From contig NIVC01000353.1 in the NCBI GenBank assembly GCA_002269645.1, positions 434,001-498,000 of the forward strand: a DNA stretch of 64,000 nucleotides, in the 5' to 3' direction. The stretch is from Macrostomum lignano (Eukaryota). Shown in pieces: positions 49,130-62,959 of this stretch (the stretch's first letter is position 1; each line of letters begins with the position of its first letter). The notes under the pieces were generated by a model that had not been told where the DNA came from, searched no databases, and was given only the letters and a program-made list of their open reading frames with translations. A program made the position numbers and the translations under genes.

Positions 49130-49990
49130 AGCTCATCGCTGATGAATTCAGGGCCTTAATCGGACTCGAGAAATTCTGGAGCACCAATGCGTGTGACGAC
49201 TGTGTGAAGTGCGGTGATAACAGAAGTAAAAGTTCGGTTTCTACATGGAAAAGCTTCAATCCAGCCGGAGTGTGCATCAACAACAATAATGAGGATGTTG
49301 CCAGATCAATCCATTTGAAGCTTCTGAAATGGTGCGTCACGCTCTCGCGCAAGCCTTGGTCGGAGGACATTGCATGCGGTGCAACATAGTGCTCGACGTC
49401 AGATCGTACGCCGGGCCACGAACATGTACTTGTAGGCTGCTATGTACCCATTATGAGTTGTGAGTTTGAAGTGAATGGGCATTTCGCGGCCCATTGAATG
49501 GAAGTCCATTTTTGATGGTGAGCTTATTAGTACTGCTCGGCCTGAGATCACGACTTCCATGCAGTAACCAGACAACCCTTTTTGCATGACGCGTTGAACG
49601 AATGGTTCTGCGTCGATCTCCGCTACACAATGCGATTTTTCGGGATTACGGGCGATTCAAAGTTTACAAAGTTGATACGATACGAGCTAGCACTCTCTAT
49701 GCTTCCTGAATCCATGGCTTGGACCAACCCGTGTGATGGCGCATCAGAATCATTTAACTCTCCGGCGCATACTGAATGTCGTAATAGTCGAAATGCTATG
49801 GCTTAGCGATATATTTGTCGGGATTCCCAGAGATCGGCCAAATGGACGCATCAACGGCTGGTGATCAATATGACGATGGTGAACTTTCTAACCAGGATGT
49901 AGGGCTTGAGACGATGGGATGCCCAGAAGTCCGAGTTGAGTTCATCCAGTTGATGCTTGCCACTTGCCTGAGTAGATAGCATCCTCACAG
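49130..49990 (-). pseudogene. Degenerate Ty3/gypsy pol fragment (RNase H into integrase N-terminus)
   Basis: Minus strand HRLKPYILVRKFTIV..DHQPLMRPFGRSLGIPT..DYYDIQYAP, followed by broken zinc-binding-like segments. Confidence 0.6.
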
Positions 49991-50553
49991 GTGAAGAAAT
50001 TTGGGAGTACATGTACTTCTATGGCCCTGGCCTCAGACTAGAAACAACAGAACCGTCATTGGATTACCAACAATGAGAAGGATGCTTTAATCAAGTTTCG
50101 CCAAATAACGCAGCATCGGCAGAGTGATGGCAGTGATTTTCTTGCGACAAAGTAACATTCTCTGTAGCCTGTTCTGCTCAGTCGGGAAGCCACCTCGGAG
50201 GTACATATGTGCACAGAGGAGCAACAACAAATGTTAGAGGCCAATGAGCTGCTATCTTCGTAGTTGTATTCCCATAAAAATCAGTGAGTTGTTGTTCCTA
50301 GAGGTATGGAATTAGAAAAAGAACTTATGTATGTATACATGTTCATGTATTTAAGGAATATAGTAACATTATTTTACATCTTTCATCATTACTTAGATAA
50401 GACGCGCTTTGTGGCTACATACATGTACGCTCGTATATTTCATTTGTTAAAAACAAACACATTTACATACAAAACCAATTTTTTAGCTTCTCACACTGAT
50501 CGTGTACCTGCTGAAGTTGTTTTTTTATCGCTCATTACGAGCGTACTAACCTA

Positions 50554-51273
50554 TTAATCAAAGTCAAGAATATCCGTTACAACCTTTCCAGTGAATTTAG
50601 CCCCCTTTTTCATAAACTTCCGTTTTGCTTTTTTCTTAACCTTTTTCTGCGCGTAGCCCGCCACACTTGCCGCGATCTTCTGATTGACGTCAGCGTCTGG
50701 AAGCCTCCTACCGTCTGGTACAGCTGGTGGCGGGTTTTTGAACGGATGTATCTGTTTTTGGTGCATTGTTTCAAACTCCTTACCCTTCCGAAATCTAAAT
50801 TTTTAACAATTTTTAGAAAAAAATTGGGGATATTGATGGGTTTCGGCCTTTCAGCCCCCTCGTGGGGAAGCCTTCGGGCCTCAGGTCTCAGAAATAAATC
50901 AATTAGAGTCCTGGTCCCCCACTCCTGTCAGATGGTCAGCCACATGGTAGCTTGATCGTGTGGCGAGCAGTCTAGGTCCTATAGCTAAGAGAGGGACAGC
51001 GAGAGACAAGCAGGGAGAATTTTGAAGGTAGAAATTAGTTAATCCGCAGATTAGCTAACTCGCTGCCACCAGCCCGTACGTCCTGGCTCACCAGGACTCT
51101 CGAAATCGGGCTTCCGACTAGAAGGGGCTTTGCACTTACCTGCCAACTACACGTGTCTTTTTGCTGTCAATCTCGAAGTCATAGCCGATGTTAAGGGACA
51201 CTGCTGGGACTCGATCGCATTGGCCATGCAGGTACAGAGGGGACTTGTGCAGGGGATTCTTGCAGTGGCGAGA
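50554..51273 (-). CDS. Uncharacterised Lys-rich protein G5, last two exons (51140-51273, 50554-50794); upstream exons unresolved
   Basis: Donor GGCAG|GTAAGT (phase 2) joins acceptor tttag|a in frame: ..SKKTRVVGR|FRKGKEFETMHQKQIHPFKNPPP..KKVKKKAKRKFMKKGAKF..DFD*. Confidence 0.5.
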
Positions 51274-54200
51274 CTATGGGGTAGCTATACATGTACTATT
51301 ACATTGCTAAATACGAAGAATTGTACTTTTGGCCTTCAACGCGCCAACTAGCCTCTCATAGCGCTGATGATAGACTAACTCAAACTTCGGAGACCGCATG
51401 ATTCATTACCCGAGCCGCTTGGCAAACCTAGAGTGCACAAAGTACATCTCTGGCGCCGATTCTGCACTTCTGGCAGTTTTGCTCACTGATTTGATAGATT
51501 GGTCGACTGAGAACTGCCTTGCCATTGGTCCACTGTGACCGGCGCCTACTAACTACTCATCTGAGCCATCGGCGAACAAAGAAATAAAACCGATAACAAT
51601 AACTGTCAGATTTAACCTTCTCACTGAATCACTTCACACTTCAGATTGAATTGGAGTTTCGGACTTGGAGACTCGGACTCGGACTCGGAATTGGAGTTTT
51701 AGCAGTATTATTGAATGGTTTCCGCCTCAGTAACAGCACTACTGAACAAAATGAGCAAAAGTGTGCGCCTAATCCAGCTACTGAAACAGGGGACAGGTAA
51801 GGAATCCCCCAATCAAGCAAGTCTAGGCAGCCTCTCACCCAACCAATCAGAAGCTCAACAGCCGGAAACCAGGTAATCCACAGTGACCGAATCGGCTTAG
51901 TGCTTTGCAGTTGTAGACCCGGGATGATGCTGATGTCATAACCTTTGCAGATAGCTAGCAGGTGATGCTCTTAACTTTGATGTTCACTGCTGATGACCGG
52001 GGGAATTCGTCCTTGACGATGATGGGGGGAGTCGCAATCCGGGGATCAAGAAACGACGGTCGGTCCAGAGAGAGAGCAAGTTCCTGTTGGCCGGTCTCCA
52101 GAAAGGGTTAGTCCGAGCGGGCCAAAAACACCGGTTTAAATAGCCGCCAACTGGACCGCAGTTTGTTATAATGGAACACGTCGATTCTGATTGGCTGAGC
52201 CGATTTGTTAGAATGAGCGTCGAATTTCCTGCTTGGCTGAGCTTGTTGCCACCCAAAGTCACGTGACCGGCAGATCCTATCAGTTCCCTCGGGGTCGTAA
52301 AAATATGACAGGTGCGGCCATAAATCAATCAAAATCGCAACAAAATGATTTATGCCTTTTCGCGTAGAATTGACAAAAATCAATGAAAAAATATACATTA
52401 GAAAGCTCTTATTAAGTAGAAAGCGAAGATAATGAAGAGAAATCGCTAATCGCTAATCCCAACGTACTTTTAGGGGTAAAACGCATAGCTGTCAAAGCTG
52501 TCACACGCTTGAGTGAACACGAACAATAGGCCCTGACCTCATAAATCTTGATGGCCTGTCAAAATGATGAGAAAAAAGCTGCGTACCGCCCGCATCCTTT
52601 CAGACTATCTAGCGCCATGCAGCCTCCGCACTGAGTGAGGCGCAGGTTGCTGTCAGACCTGGCAGATTTGCTGGCAGATTAATATAGCTACAGAAGTCCT
52701 ACTAGTATGAATTCTAGAAAAATTACAAAAGAGGGAGAAAAACGCCCATAGCCTGCTGTTAGTAGGCTAGCAAGTTTGGAACCCGTGCGAGCGTGAAATT
52801 TGGAAAAAAGTGCGTCCTCATCAATATAACTACATGTATACATGAGCATAAATTTATGGTCGAGGTGGTGTATAGATTCGCGTTCGTATATGCATAAGAA
52901 AGTCGAGCTTTTATTGCCCTCTATTGCAGTCTTCTGCAGTCTGGTGATAATTTTCACTTGATTCATAAAAAAACTGGAATATATAGTGAAGAGGCAAAGA
53001 GATGGATGTGAATAATATGGTTTTTTCTTATCTAATTTTTTAAACATTAACTTAAAAAAACAAAGCAATACACCAAGTGGACACAAGGCCGTGGCGAGTA
53101 GCTAGTATACCGCCACGGCCGTTAAACAATTTTCAACTCTTAAGTACCCAAAACGTTCATGGATAGCAATAGTATTTTATGCATGTGAGAATATACTCAA
53201 GGACCGTTGTAAAACTACATACAGCTATATACAGTGGTCATTGAATAGACTTATCTTTCATTCTCATCAGTGATTTTTAAACACTGCCGGATTAGCTTAC
53301 CGATATAACAAAGTTGGTTTTAAAAATTATTTTAATAACAAAAGAATAGACCTTAAATGCAGTAAGGAGACAAATTAAATATCTGTAAATTGATTGCTGT
53401 ATGAAATCACAAAACCGTTTTTATGATAATGATTTGGAAAATAATTCTAATCTGATGTTTTTCTTCGAAAGTGGGCAAAAGCAGGCTAATTATTGTTGAC
53501 TCTGCTGCTGTTAATACCAACAAAATTTTATATTCTATGATTTGAAATTGTTTTTTACGAATTACTGTTATATATGTTATTTGGTGGTTGAAGCAAATGA
53601 ACTATTTTTTCGTACTGCTTCGTCTACTAAAAGTGACTTTACTTCGTCTACGCTTATAATTAAAAAATCATACCACATACCAGTCGTCCACTAACATACC
53701 TTACATGTATGCCTTAGCTACTATTTTCTATTTTTTGTTAATTTTGTTATTGATATTTTATGAATATACCTAACCTGTAAAATATTGCTAAACTAAACAA
53801 ATTAGGATAATAACACTTCAGTTTAAAACCCAAAAGTTAAAATGCTTTCAAATTTACTAAAAGAGAACATACTTGTCCTTTTCGAAATAATTTTTCCCAT
53901 ATATTATTAAACTAGACTGTCACGTCGGATTAGTCGTAATATATGAATGTATTTATTACTAACAATTCTCCATTTTAAGTTAATGCTTTATTTTTGTCAA
54001 ATAGTAATTTATATAAATGAATTATAAATGTAATATATAAAATGTAATATAAATGTAATATATAAATGTAAATGTAATATATATATGTAATAAAATGCAA
54101 TAATAAAATGAAATATAAATGAATTATAAATATATAAATGAATAAATTATTTGTGAAATAAAAGAAAGTATAATACTCAATGTGAAAATCTGAAAAATTT

Positions 54201-54363
54201 CAGTCTCATTAATAATATTCTAAATTTCAATTTATTTTTTTATCCATATGCCAAATATGTATGTTTTTATTTCCATATGTCTCTATTTGTTAGAAAATAT
54301 TTTAGATAATTTAGATAACACAATTTACACCCTTCATTTTGCATGCTAAATAATCTTTAAAAC

Positions 54364-55722
54364 ATGGCTCAGATCAAGCCACAGCCACTGCCAATGACCA
54401 GCCAACCAGGTTTATACATTATCACTGGTGCAGGTCGCGGCTTCGGCCGCACCCTAACCCTGGCCCTAGCAGAGGATGCCGCTCCAGGATCTCGTTTCAT
54501 CCTGATTGGCCGAAATAGCGAAGCCTTGGACTTGGTTGCTGCTGCTATTGCTGAACTGCGCAACGCCTCTGATGAAATTGAAACTCGAACTGTAAGTTTG
54601 GATTTAGGCCAGGCTAATGCTGATGCAATAGAGTCTGCTCTGCAAGAAGCCACTAAGAGTCCACTGTTGGGAACTTGTAAGTTTCATTGATTGGATTTTT
54701 CTTTTCAATTACTTCTTTTTCCCGAAACGAACTAATTGAGTCAATATTCAGTGACCCCATGATGTACCAAGAGGGGGTCATTCTCTAGTGACCCCATGAT
54801 GCACAAAGGGGAGATCACATCTTCCATGGCCTCAGTCTTATTCAGTGCCATAATGGTGAAATCTTTAACTGGAACAAGCTTCGGAAATAGCACAATTGAG
54901 CGGCTATATAAAGTACATAGTAAGTACCTCATGTACTTTTGTTCAAAACTTCTAGACGCACCCCCATTTGGCCTGCTGGTGCACAATGCCGGCACTCTGG
55001 GAATCTATGGCCAGAAATCCGACTGCCTGACTGATAAAGCGGTATTGGACGAGCATTGGAGTGTGAATATCACTTCTGTACTGCTGTTAAACGCCTACTG
55101 TCTTAAGCTGTCAATTGTGAATCAATGGTGGATAGTCAATGTTAGTTCGCTGTGCGCTGTGCAACCCTTCAAATCTATGGCTGTCTATTGCGCTAGCAAA
55201 GCTGCCAGGCTCATGCTGTTTCGCACTCTGGCTGCCGAGAGGTGAGACCTGAGATTGTTATTCTGGGCTAGATTGGGGGAGAGTCGAGCAGAGTGGGGAG
55301 AGTGAAGTAGATTAGGGGAGAGTGGGATAGATTGGGAGAGAGTGGAGTAGATTGGGGAGAGTGGGATAGATTGGGGTGGGGGAGAGTGGGTAGATTAGAA
55401 GAGAGTAGGGTAGAGTGGGGGAGAGTGGAGTAGAGTGGAGTAGATTGGGGGAGAGTGGAGTAGATTGGGGGAGAGTGGGATAGATTGGGAGAGAGTGGAG
55501 TAGATTGGGGGAGAGTGGGATAGATTGGGGGAGAGTGGGTAGATTGAGGGAGAGTGGGGTAGAGTGGGGGAGAATGGAGTAGAGTGGAGTAAATTGGGGA
55601 GAGTCGAGTAGATTGAAGAGAAAAGTGGGATAGACTGGATCGTCGATCAGTAAAATAGTTAGTTAGAATACTGATAGTAAAGAGACTTATGAATCGGTAG
55701 GTTGAAAGGCAGGCAGGTAGGC

Positions 55723-55778
<56 letters not shown>

Positions 55779-55781
55779 CAG

Positions 55782-55860
<79 letters not shown>

Positions 55861-55898
55861 CAGGACAGACAGACAGATAAACACTAAGACAGACAGGC

Positions 55899-55993
<95 letters not shown>

Positions 55994-56304
55994 TACCGCC
56001 GTTCACCCGCCGCAGGCCGGACCTGAGCCTGCTAAGCTACGGGCCGGGCCCCCTGGACACGGACATGCAGGCGCAGCTCAGAGAGTCCGCAGACCCGGAG
56101 TCCCGGGCGATGTGGCAGGACCTGCGCGAACGGCTGCTGCCACCGGCGCAATCGGCGCTGATTCTCGTCCGGATGCTGCGCCGTGGCGGCTTCGGCACGA
56201 CTGCTGGCGGCGAGCATCAGCAGGTGGACGTCTACGACGTGATGGACGAGCTGCTGCAGCCGCCGACGCCGCCAACGCCGGCTACCTCTGAGCAGGCCGA
56301 CTGA
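54364..56304 (+). CDS. SPR: Sepiapterin reductase (SDR family), ~295 aa; exons 54364-54676, 54956-55241, 56016-56304
   Basis: TGAGRGFGR, LVHNAGTLG, NVSSLCAVQPFKSMAVYCASKAAR, SYGPGPLDTDMQ, VDVYD. Phase-compatible GT-AG introns. Confidence 0.92.
55268..55640. repeat. Purine-rich ~19-20-bp repeat (GGGGAGAGTGGAGTAGATTG) in SPR intron 2
   Basis: Directly visible. Confidence 0.93.
55720..55993. repeat. (GACA)n microsatellite in SPR intron 2, ending ~20 nt before the acceptor
   Basis: Directly visible. Confidence 0.97.
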
Positions 56305-57419
56305 GAGCGGAGATCGTGGAGATCGGCTGCCTTGTTGGCCTAACTGATGGGTAAATTAATCTAGTTGATGTGGTTGATTGGTTTGTTAATGAAACTGATA
56401 ATTTGATTGATTTATCGATTTATTGATTTTTCGATTTATTGATTTATCGATTTTTGATTAACTGATCGATTTGATTGAATAATTAATTGATTTATTGAGC
56501 TATTGATCGATCGATTTGATTTGATGATTTAATAGAATAATCGATTGTTTGATATAAAAATGATTTTCATTATTTTGTTCTGATTATTATACAATTATGT
56601 TTCAGTACCTTTCTTATTAATCCTTACTCGTAATCCTTTGATAATTTTCTATGTGGTGAATAGATTATATAATATTGCTAAACTACTATTTAGCTGCTTG
56701 TGTAAGTGTGCCTAGTAATCGTAGTTATGGTTACCATATCCGTGTGCATTGACCTTCTTTGTCGCTTTGTCCGCTAGCATTGAACTATTTTTTCTCTCAT
56801 TTTCAATGGCGTTCCGGCTTTTTCTATTTGAATTATCGTGCTGGTATTTTTTATTAAACGCAACATTTTTCCGAAAACTACTTACATCCAGTTCTTTATA
56901 GTAGTGTGATTAGCGTATGATATTACTAAAGTTTTATTGCATTAGGAGTTGACTTTTTCATACAAGTTTTGATGCAATAGACGACATATTTTTCGTGTGC
57001 TTTTACTTCTCAGATATCAGTAGTATCTGCTAATATTATTACCGGTATTACTGATTTATAACAGTTTTGTTTTACTGAATCTATAATATGCTTATTTAAC
57101 TTAATGAGTTCTAAATTAATTATTATTCAGCTTTTTTGCGCTATTGTTTTTTATTTAATAATAAAACAGTATAGTTACCTATAAATAAATAAAATTTACT
57201 ATAAGATTTACTCAGCAATATTCCTCATCTACTGTTGTAAATCTGCACTTGTTTTAATTGTGTAATAAGTGAATTGTAATTATATAAACGGTAAATTAAC
57301 TTGTCTGTTTGTATTCTGAATTTTAAGTGCAATCACCGAAAATATTCGCTAACTCGGTGATCGGTCGTTTATAACGAATATTTTACTGATTAATCTGTTA
57401 TTCAGACAGATTCATCAGA

Positions 57420-57900
57420 CATTCACACAGACTATTCACAGAATGATTGGCTATTCACACAGACTATTCACAGAATGATTGGCTATTCACACAGACTATT
57501 CACATAATGATTCGCTAATCACACAGACTATTCACAGAATGATTGGCTATTCACACAGACTATTCACATAATGATTCGCTAATCACACAGACTATTCACA
57601 GAATGATTGGCTATTCACACAGACTATTCACAGAATGATTGGCTATTTACACAGACTATTCACAAAATGATTGGCTATTCACACAGACTATTCACATATT
57701 GATTTGCTATTCACAAAGAATATTCACAGAATGATAGGCTATTCATACAGACTATTCACATATTGATTTGCTATTCACAAAGAATATTCACAGAATGATT
57801 GGCTATTCATACAGACTATTCACATATTGATTGGCTATTCACACAGAATATTCACAGAATGATATGCTATTCATACAGTCTATTCACAGAATGATCTGCC
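57420..57900. repeat. 32-bp minisatellite (CTATTCACACAGACTATTCACAGAATGATTGG)
   Basis: Directly visible. Lies just downstream of the nAChR stop codon. Confidence 0.95.
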
Positions 57901-57997
57901 TTTCACATAGGCTGAATGCTAACTAAGTTCTAGGGTAAAATAACTACTGCATACATTAGTAGTACAATGAAACAGGCGCCCAGGTTCCATTTGTCAT

Positions 57998-60900
57998 TCA
58001 AGAGTGATCCTCATTGAAAGCGGGCGATGCCACACAGCAGATGGTGAAGAACATGGCCACTGTGAGCGCTGTGAACACCCAGAAAAATATCCTATCCAGA
58101 GCGAACGCCGCGTGCTTCCACACGTCGGATAATTCCTGCAACTCTTGCTGCTGCTGCTCCTGTTGCTTCTGCTTTTGCTGTAGCCGAGTTCCATCGCTTG
58201 TGCCATTAGATGATGCTGGGATTGGCTGTAGAGCGACCTTGAGTACATATTAATAAGTGAGAATAGCGGTAGAACTCTAATCAGCTGGATAATAGCTCTT
58301 TAACTAACCAGGAGAATAGCTCTCTAATCACATGGATAATGGCCCTCTTATTAACCTGTGAAGAATGACTAATTAACCAGGAGAATGGCTCTCTAATTAA
58401 CCTGGAGAATGGCTCTCTAATTAACCTAGAGAATGGCTCTCTAATTAACCTGGAGAATGGCTCTCTAATTAACCTGGAGAATAGCTCTCTAATCACATGG
58501 ATAATGGCCCTCTTATTAACCTGTGAAGAATGACTAATTAACCAGGAGAATGGCTCTCTAATTAACCTGGAGAATGGCTCTCTAATTAACCTAGAGAATG
58601 GCTCTCTAATTAACCTGGAGAATGGCTCTCTAATCACATGGATAATGGCCCTCTTATTAACCTGTGAAGAATGACTAATTAACCTAGAGAATGGCTCTCT
58701 AATTAACCTGGAGAATGGCTCTCTAATCACATGGATAATGGCCCTCTTATTAACCTGTGAAGAATGACTAATTAACCTAGAGAATGGCTCTCTAATTAAC
58801 CTAGAGAATGGCTCTCTAATTAACCTAGAGAATGGCTCTCTAATTAACCTGGAGAATGGCTTTCTAATTAACCTGGAGAATGGCTCTCTAATTAACCCGG
58901 TTAATGGCTCCCTAAATAACTATCATAAGGAGCTTCTCTGAACTACCTTAAAGTACGTTGATGGCAATGTCGGAGGCTGCTGCACTGGCGATTTCAACGG
59001 CGAATTCGAACTGTCGGTCGCTTCGGCCCAGCGGCGTCTAGTGGCCTGCTCATGCTGCTGGCCCAACGAGCAGCGCGACTCCGAAGCAGCCGCGCCCGTC
59101 GCTGTTGTCGCATTCTTTGACTTCCCTAGCGAGGAGCCAGTCCAGCGACGATGCAGTTTGGCGAGCCACACAATGTAACTCGGCAGTCGATGCCTTCGTT
59201 GGTGCAGACCCTGCTGATGCTCCTCCTGCTGATGCTGGTGATGCTGGTCGGCAAAGAACACTCGCGTTACAATCACCGACATGACAACTGCAAGGGCTAC
59301 CATTGTCATTGTGACAGTGAATAGCAGGCCTGAAAGTTCGGACAGTTTATCGAGGTTTGGAAGAGATTAGTTTCATTTTTAAGGTAGTATTCAGGTAGTA
59401 AACATGACTATCCTTGCTATCCTATCATTCTTAAGTAGCCTGTTAACTCGTAGGAATGCTTTACGTCCTGTTAGTCTAGAAGTCCTTGATTCTAATCTTG
59501 AAAAAATGAAACCGAGGAGTATTACTAACCAAGAATAGGAATGGCATCAGGTGTCGGCGGCATAGTCTCGCTCACCATCAGCAGGAAGACCACCAGAGCC
59601 AACAGTACAGTTATTTCAAGGTTAACCTTCTCGCCAGATTCTATTGGCAGGTAGAAGCCCAGAAATGAGACAAAGTAGATCAGCAGACAGGGACAAATAA
59701 GGTTGATAACGTAGAAAAGACACCGCCTGTACATGTGTATCGTGAAGTGAATAACTGGGAATGGCGACTTGCAGCAGGGATACTTGATCAGCTCTTGGCG
59801 CGGCGAAATTCCTGTCACTTTCCATTCTTGGTTTCTGGCATTGTAGTACACTTTCTGGTCGTCTCGGCCGGTGTGGTTAAGCGCCACCTGGAATCCGTCG
59901 TATGTCCACGACACGAACGTCACGTTGCAGTCCTGCGAGTCGAATGGGAAATAGCGCACGTCCAGGGTGCAGTACATTTTTACAACCATGGGAAACGTCC
60001 ACATTATTTTGCCGTTCTTCTCCACTATAGCGTTAGTGTTCATGTAGTCGGAGTATTCGTCGTTGGCGCTGAGAATTCGAAGCGAATCGGGTTGAGTTGA
60101 AGGTTTGATTCAAGTATGGTCAATTGAAGTAGTAGGACGCAACAAAATTGTCAGCTGTGGGATTTGGTGTCTTTACATCCTGTTGAGTCAGGGAGTGTCA
60201 GCTGTGGGATTCAGTGTCTTTACATCATGTTGAGTCATGGAGTGTCTGCTGTGGGATTCGGGTGTCTTTTACATCCGTTTGAGTCATGGAGTGTCAGCTG
60301 TGGGATTCGGGTGTCTTTACATCCTGTTAAGTCAGGGAGTGTCAGCTGTGGGATTTGGTGTCTTTTTACATCCTGTTGAGTCAGGGAGTGTCAGCTGTGG
60401 GATTCAGTGTCTTTACATCATGTTGAGTCATGGAGTGTCTGCTGTGGGATTCGGGTGTCTTTTACATCCGTTTGAGTCATGGAGTGTCAGCTGTGGGATT
60501 CGGGTGTCTTTACATCCTGTTGAGTCAGGGAGTGTCAGCTGTGGGATTTGGTGTCTTTTTACATCCTGTTGAGTCAGGGAGTGTCAGCTGTGGGATTCGG
60601 TGTCTTTACATCCTGTTGAGTCAGGGAGTGTCAGCTGTGGGATTCGGTGTCTCTACATCCTGTTGAGTCAGGGAGTGTCAGCTGTGGGATTCGGTGTCTT
60701 TACATCCTGTTGAGTCAGGGAGTGTCAGCTGTGGGATTCGGTGTCTCTACATCCTGTTGAGTCAGGGAGTGTCAGCTGTGGGATTCGGTGTCTTTACATC
60801 CTGTTGAGTCAGGGAGTGTCAGCTGTGGGATTCGGTGTCTTTACATCCTGTTGAGTCAGGGAGTGTCAGCTGTGGGATTCGGTGTCTTTACATCCTGTTG

Positions 60901-62959
60901 AGTCAGGGAGTGTCAGCTGTGGGATTCGGTGTCTTTACATCCTGTTGAGTCAGGGAGTGTCTGCTGTGAGATTCGGTGTCTTTACATCCTGTTGAGTCAT
61001 GGAGTGTCTGCTTTGGGATTCGGTGTCTTTACATCATGTTGAGTCAGGGAGTGTCTGCTGTGAGATTCGGTGTCTTTACATCCTGTTGAGTCATGGAGTG
61101 TCTGCTTTGGGATTCGGTGTCTTTACATCCTGTTGAGTCAGGGAGTGTCTGCTGTGAGATTCGGTGTCTTTACATCCTGTTGAGTCATGGAGTGTCTGCT
61201 TTGGGATTCGGTGTCTTTACATCATGTTGAGTCAGGGAGTGTCTGCTGTGAGATTCGGTGTCTTTACATCCTGTTGAGTCATGGAGTGTCTGCTTTGGGA
61301 TTCGGTGTCTTTACATCCTGTTGAGTCAGGGAGTGTCTGCTGTGAGATTCGGTGTCTTTACATCCTGTTGAGTCATGGAGTGTCTGCTTTGGGATTCGGT
61401 GTCTTTACATCCTGTTGAGTCAGGGAGTGTCTGCTGTGAGATTCGGTGTCTTTACATCCTGTTGAGTCAGGGAGTGTCAGCTGTGGGATTCAAGTTCGTG
61501 TGAATCCCGAATGTATCAGTTCGAATCTTCTATTCTGGTTGTATTTCTAGATTGCCTTTCATTCTGTTCCAACAAAGGTCAGGCGAAGCGCGATGTTTCC
61601 TCACTAATTGGTGATGATGAGATCCGGTCGCCAGATGCTCTTAGCAGGGATCCAGAATCTCTGTATGGGAAAGTCCTCCACGCTCCAAGTCAAATATTCG
61701 TCCCACCAGTGCTGGAAAAGAAGAACGACAACGGAAGAACGAGAATTTAAGAACGCTGCAAAAAAGTGCATTTAATTTTGATTGTTGATTCAGCTGTTGA
61801 TTCTGGAACTCTACCAGCGCCTTACCACTCGAACGGACACCTGCGCAGAGATGGTCTGATGGCGCTCACTCTGCAACGGGAAAATGTGGAACAATTTTGT
61901 GTGTGTGAACTGTAAAAATGGATGGCGGATTAATGGCGGTGCAGATAGCTTTTTTCCGGCAATTTCTCTTCATTTTAATGCTTATTTTATAGCTGTTTTG
62001 GAGGCCTCTTGGCTGCGCTATGCTTTTTCCAGTAGTTCTTTTTCGTCCCACCAGATTGTTGCTGCCTGTTTGGCAAAGCACCAATTTGAAAACTTTTTCC
62101 GCGAGGAATTTTTTTCTTCACAGAACAGTCGTTCGTTTTAGATTGACAGGACAGAATCAATCCCGCATCTGTCTGATAATGTCGCTCATGTTATACACAA
62201 TGTCACACATTTCAGACACAACCTCACACCTGTTAGACACAACCTCACACCTGTTAGACACAACCTCACACCTGTTAGACACAACCTTACACCTGTTAGA
62301 CACAACCTCACACCTGTTAGACACAACCTCACACATGTTAGACCCAACCTCACACCTGTTAGGCACAACCTCACACCTGTTAGACACAACCTCACACCTG
62401 TTGGACACAACCTCACACCTGTTAGGCACAACCTCACACCTGTTAGACACAACCTCACACCTGTTAGACACAACCTCACACCTGTTAGACACAACCTCAC
62501 ACCTGTTGGACACAACCTCACACCTGTTAGGCACAACCTCACACCTGTTAGGCACAACCTCACACCTGTTAGACACAACCTCACATCTGATAGGCACAAC
62601 CTCACACCTTGTTAGACACAACCTTACACATGTTAGGCACAACCTCACACCTGTTAGACACAACCTCACACCTGTTATACGCGATGTCACACCCGTTAGA
62701 CACATTATTATTTAAAATCTGTCACCCAGTAACAGTTATCACTTCACGACAGGCAATATAAAAATGTACATTTTCGTTCAACTTACAGTGTCCAAGATGT
62801 GAAACAGCGACATTCCAACACTGGTGTCCACCGGACTCGAATCCCTGCGAACCGGCCGGCTAGTGGTGTCGTATCCCCTGAGCAGTCGCTGCTTGAGCAT
62901 GTACTCAACCGATGCGTTGATGTGTAACTGGCGGTCTTCGGTTAGCGAGTAGGCTAGGC
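57998..62959 (-). CDS. Nicotinic acetylcholine receptor alpha-type subunit (alpha9/10-like); exons 62787-62959, 61826-61870, 61605-61711, 59530-60068, 58947-59329, 57998-58225; signal-peptide exon not found
   Basis: RPVRRDSSPV, WRPDL, Cys-loop CTLDVRYFPFDSQDC, SWTYDG, vicinal YPCC, M1-M3 with SGEKV, M4 ALDRIFFW. All junctions are GT-AG and phase-compatible, including the 45-nt exon typical of nAChR genes. Confidence 0.93.
58270..58915. repeat. 24-bp minisatellite (GGCTCTCTAATTAACCTGGAGAAT) with recurring longer variant blocks, in nAChR intron
   Basis: Directly visible. Confidence 0.95.
60150..61495. repeat. 47-bp minisatellite (CAGCTGTGGGATTCGGTGTCTTTACATCCTGTTGAGTCAGGGAGTGT) in nAChR intron
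   Basis: Directly visible. Confidence 0.97.
62205..62690. repeat. 21-bp minisatellite (CACAACCTCACACCTGTTAGA) in nAChR intron
   Basis: Directly visible. Confidence 0.97.

Noticed and set aside
50835-50895. CTGA..GAAAC on the minus strand as a third hammerhead
   Set aside because: Lacks the CUGAnGA core and compatible stems.
50958-51610. Possible solo LTR (TG..AATAAA..CA)
   Set aside because: No matching TSD, and the interval overlaps a plausible G5 exon.
46800-54300. Scattered 60-130-aa ORFs (47231, 47815, 48315, 50056, 50306, 52688 and others)
   Set aside because: No recognisable motifs, AT-biased composition and no supporting splice structure.
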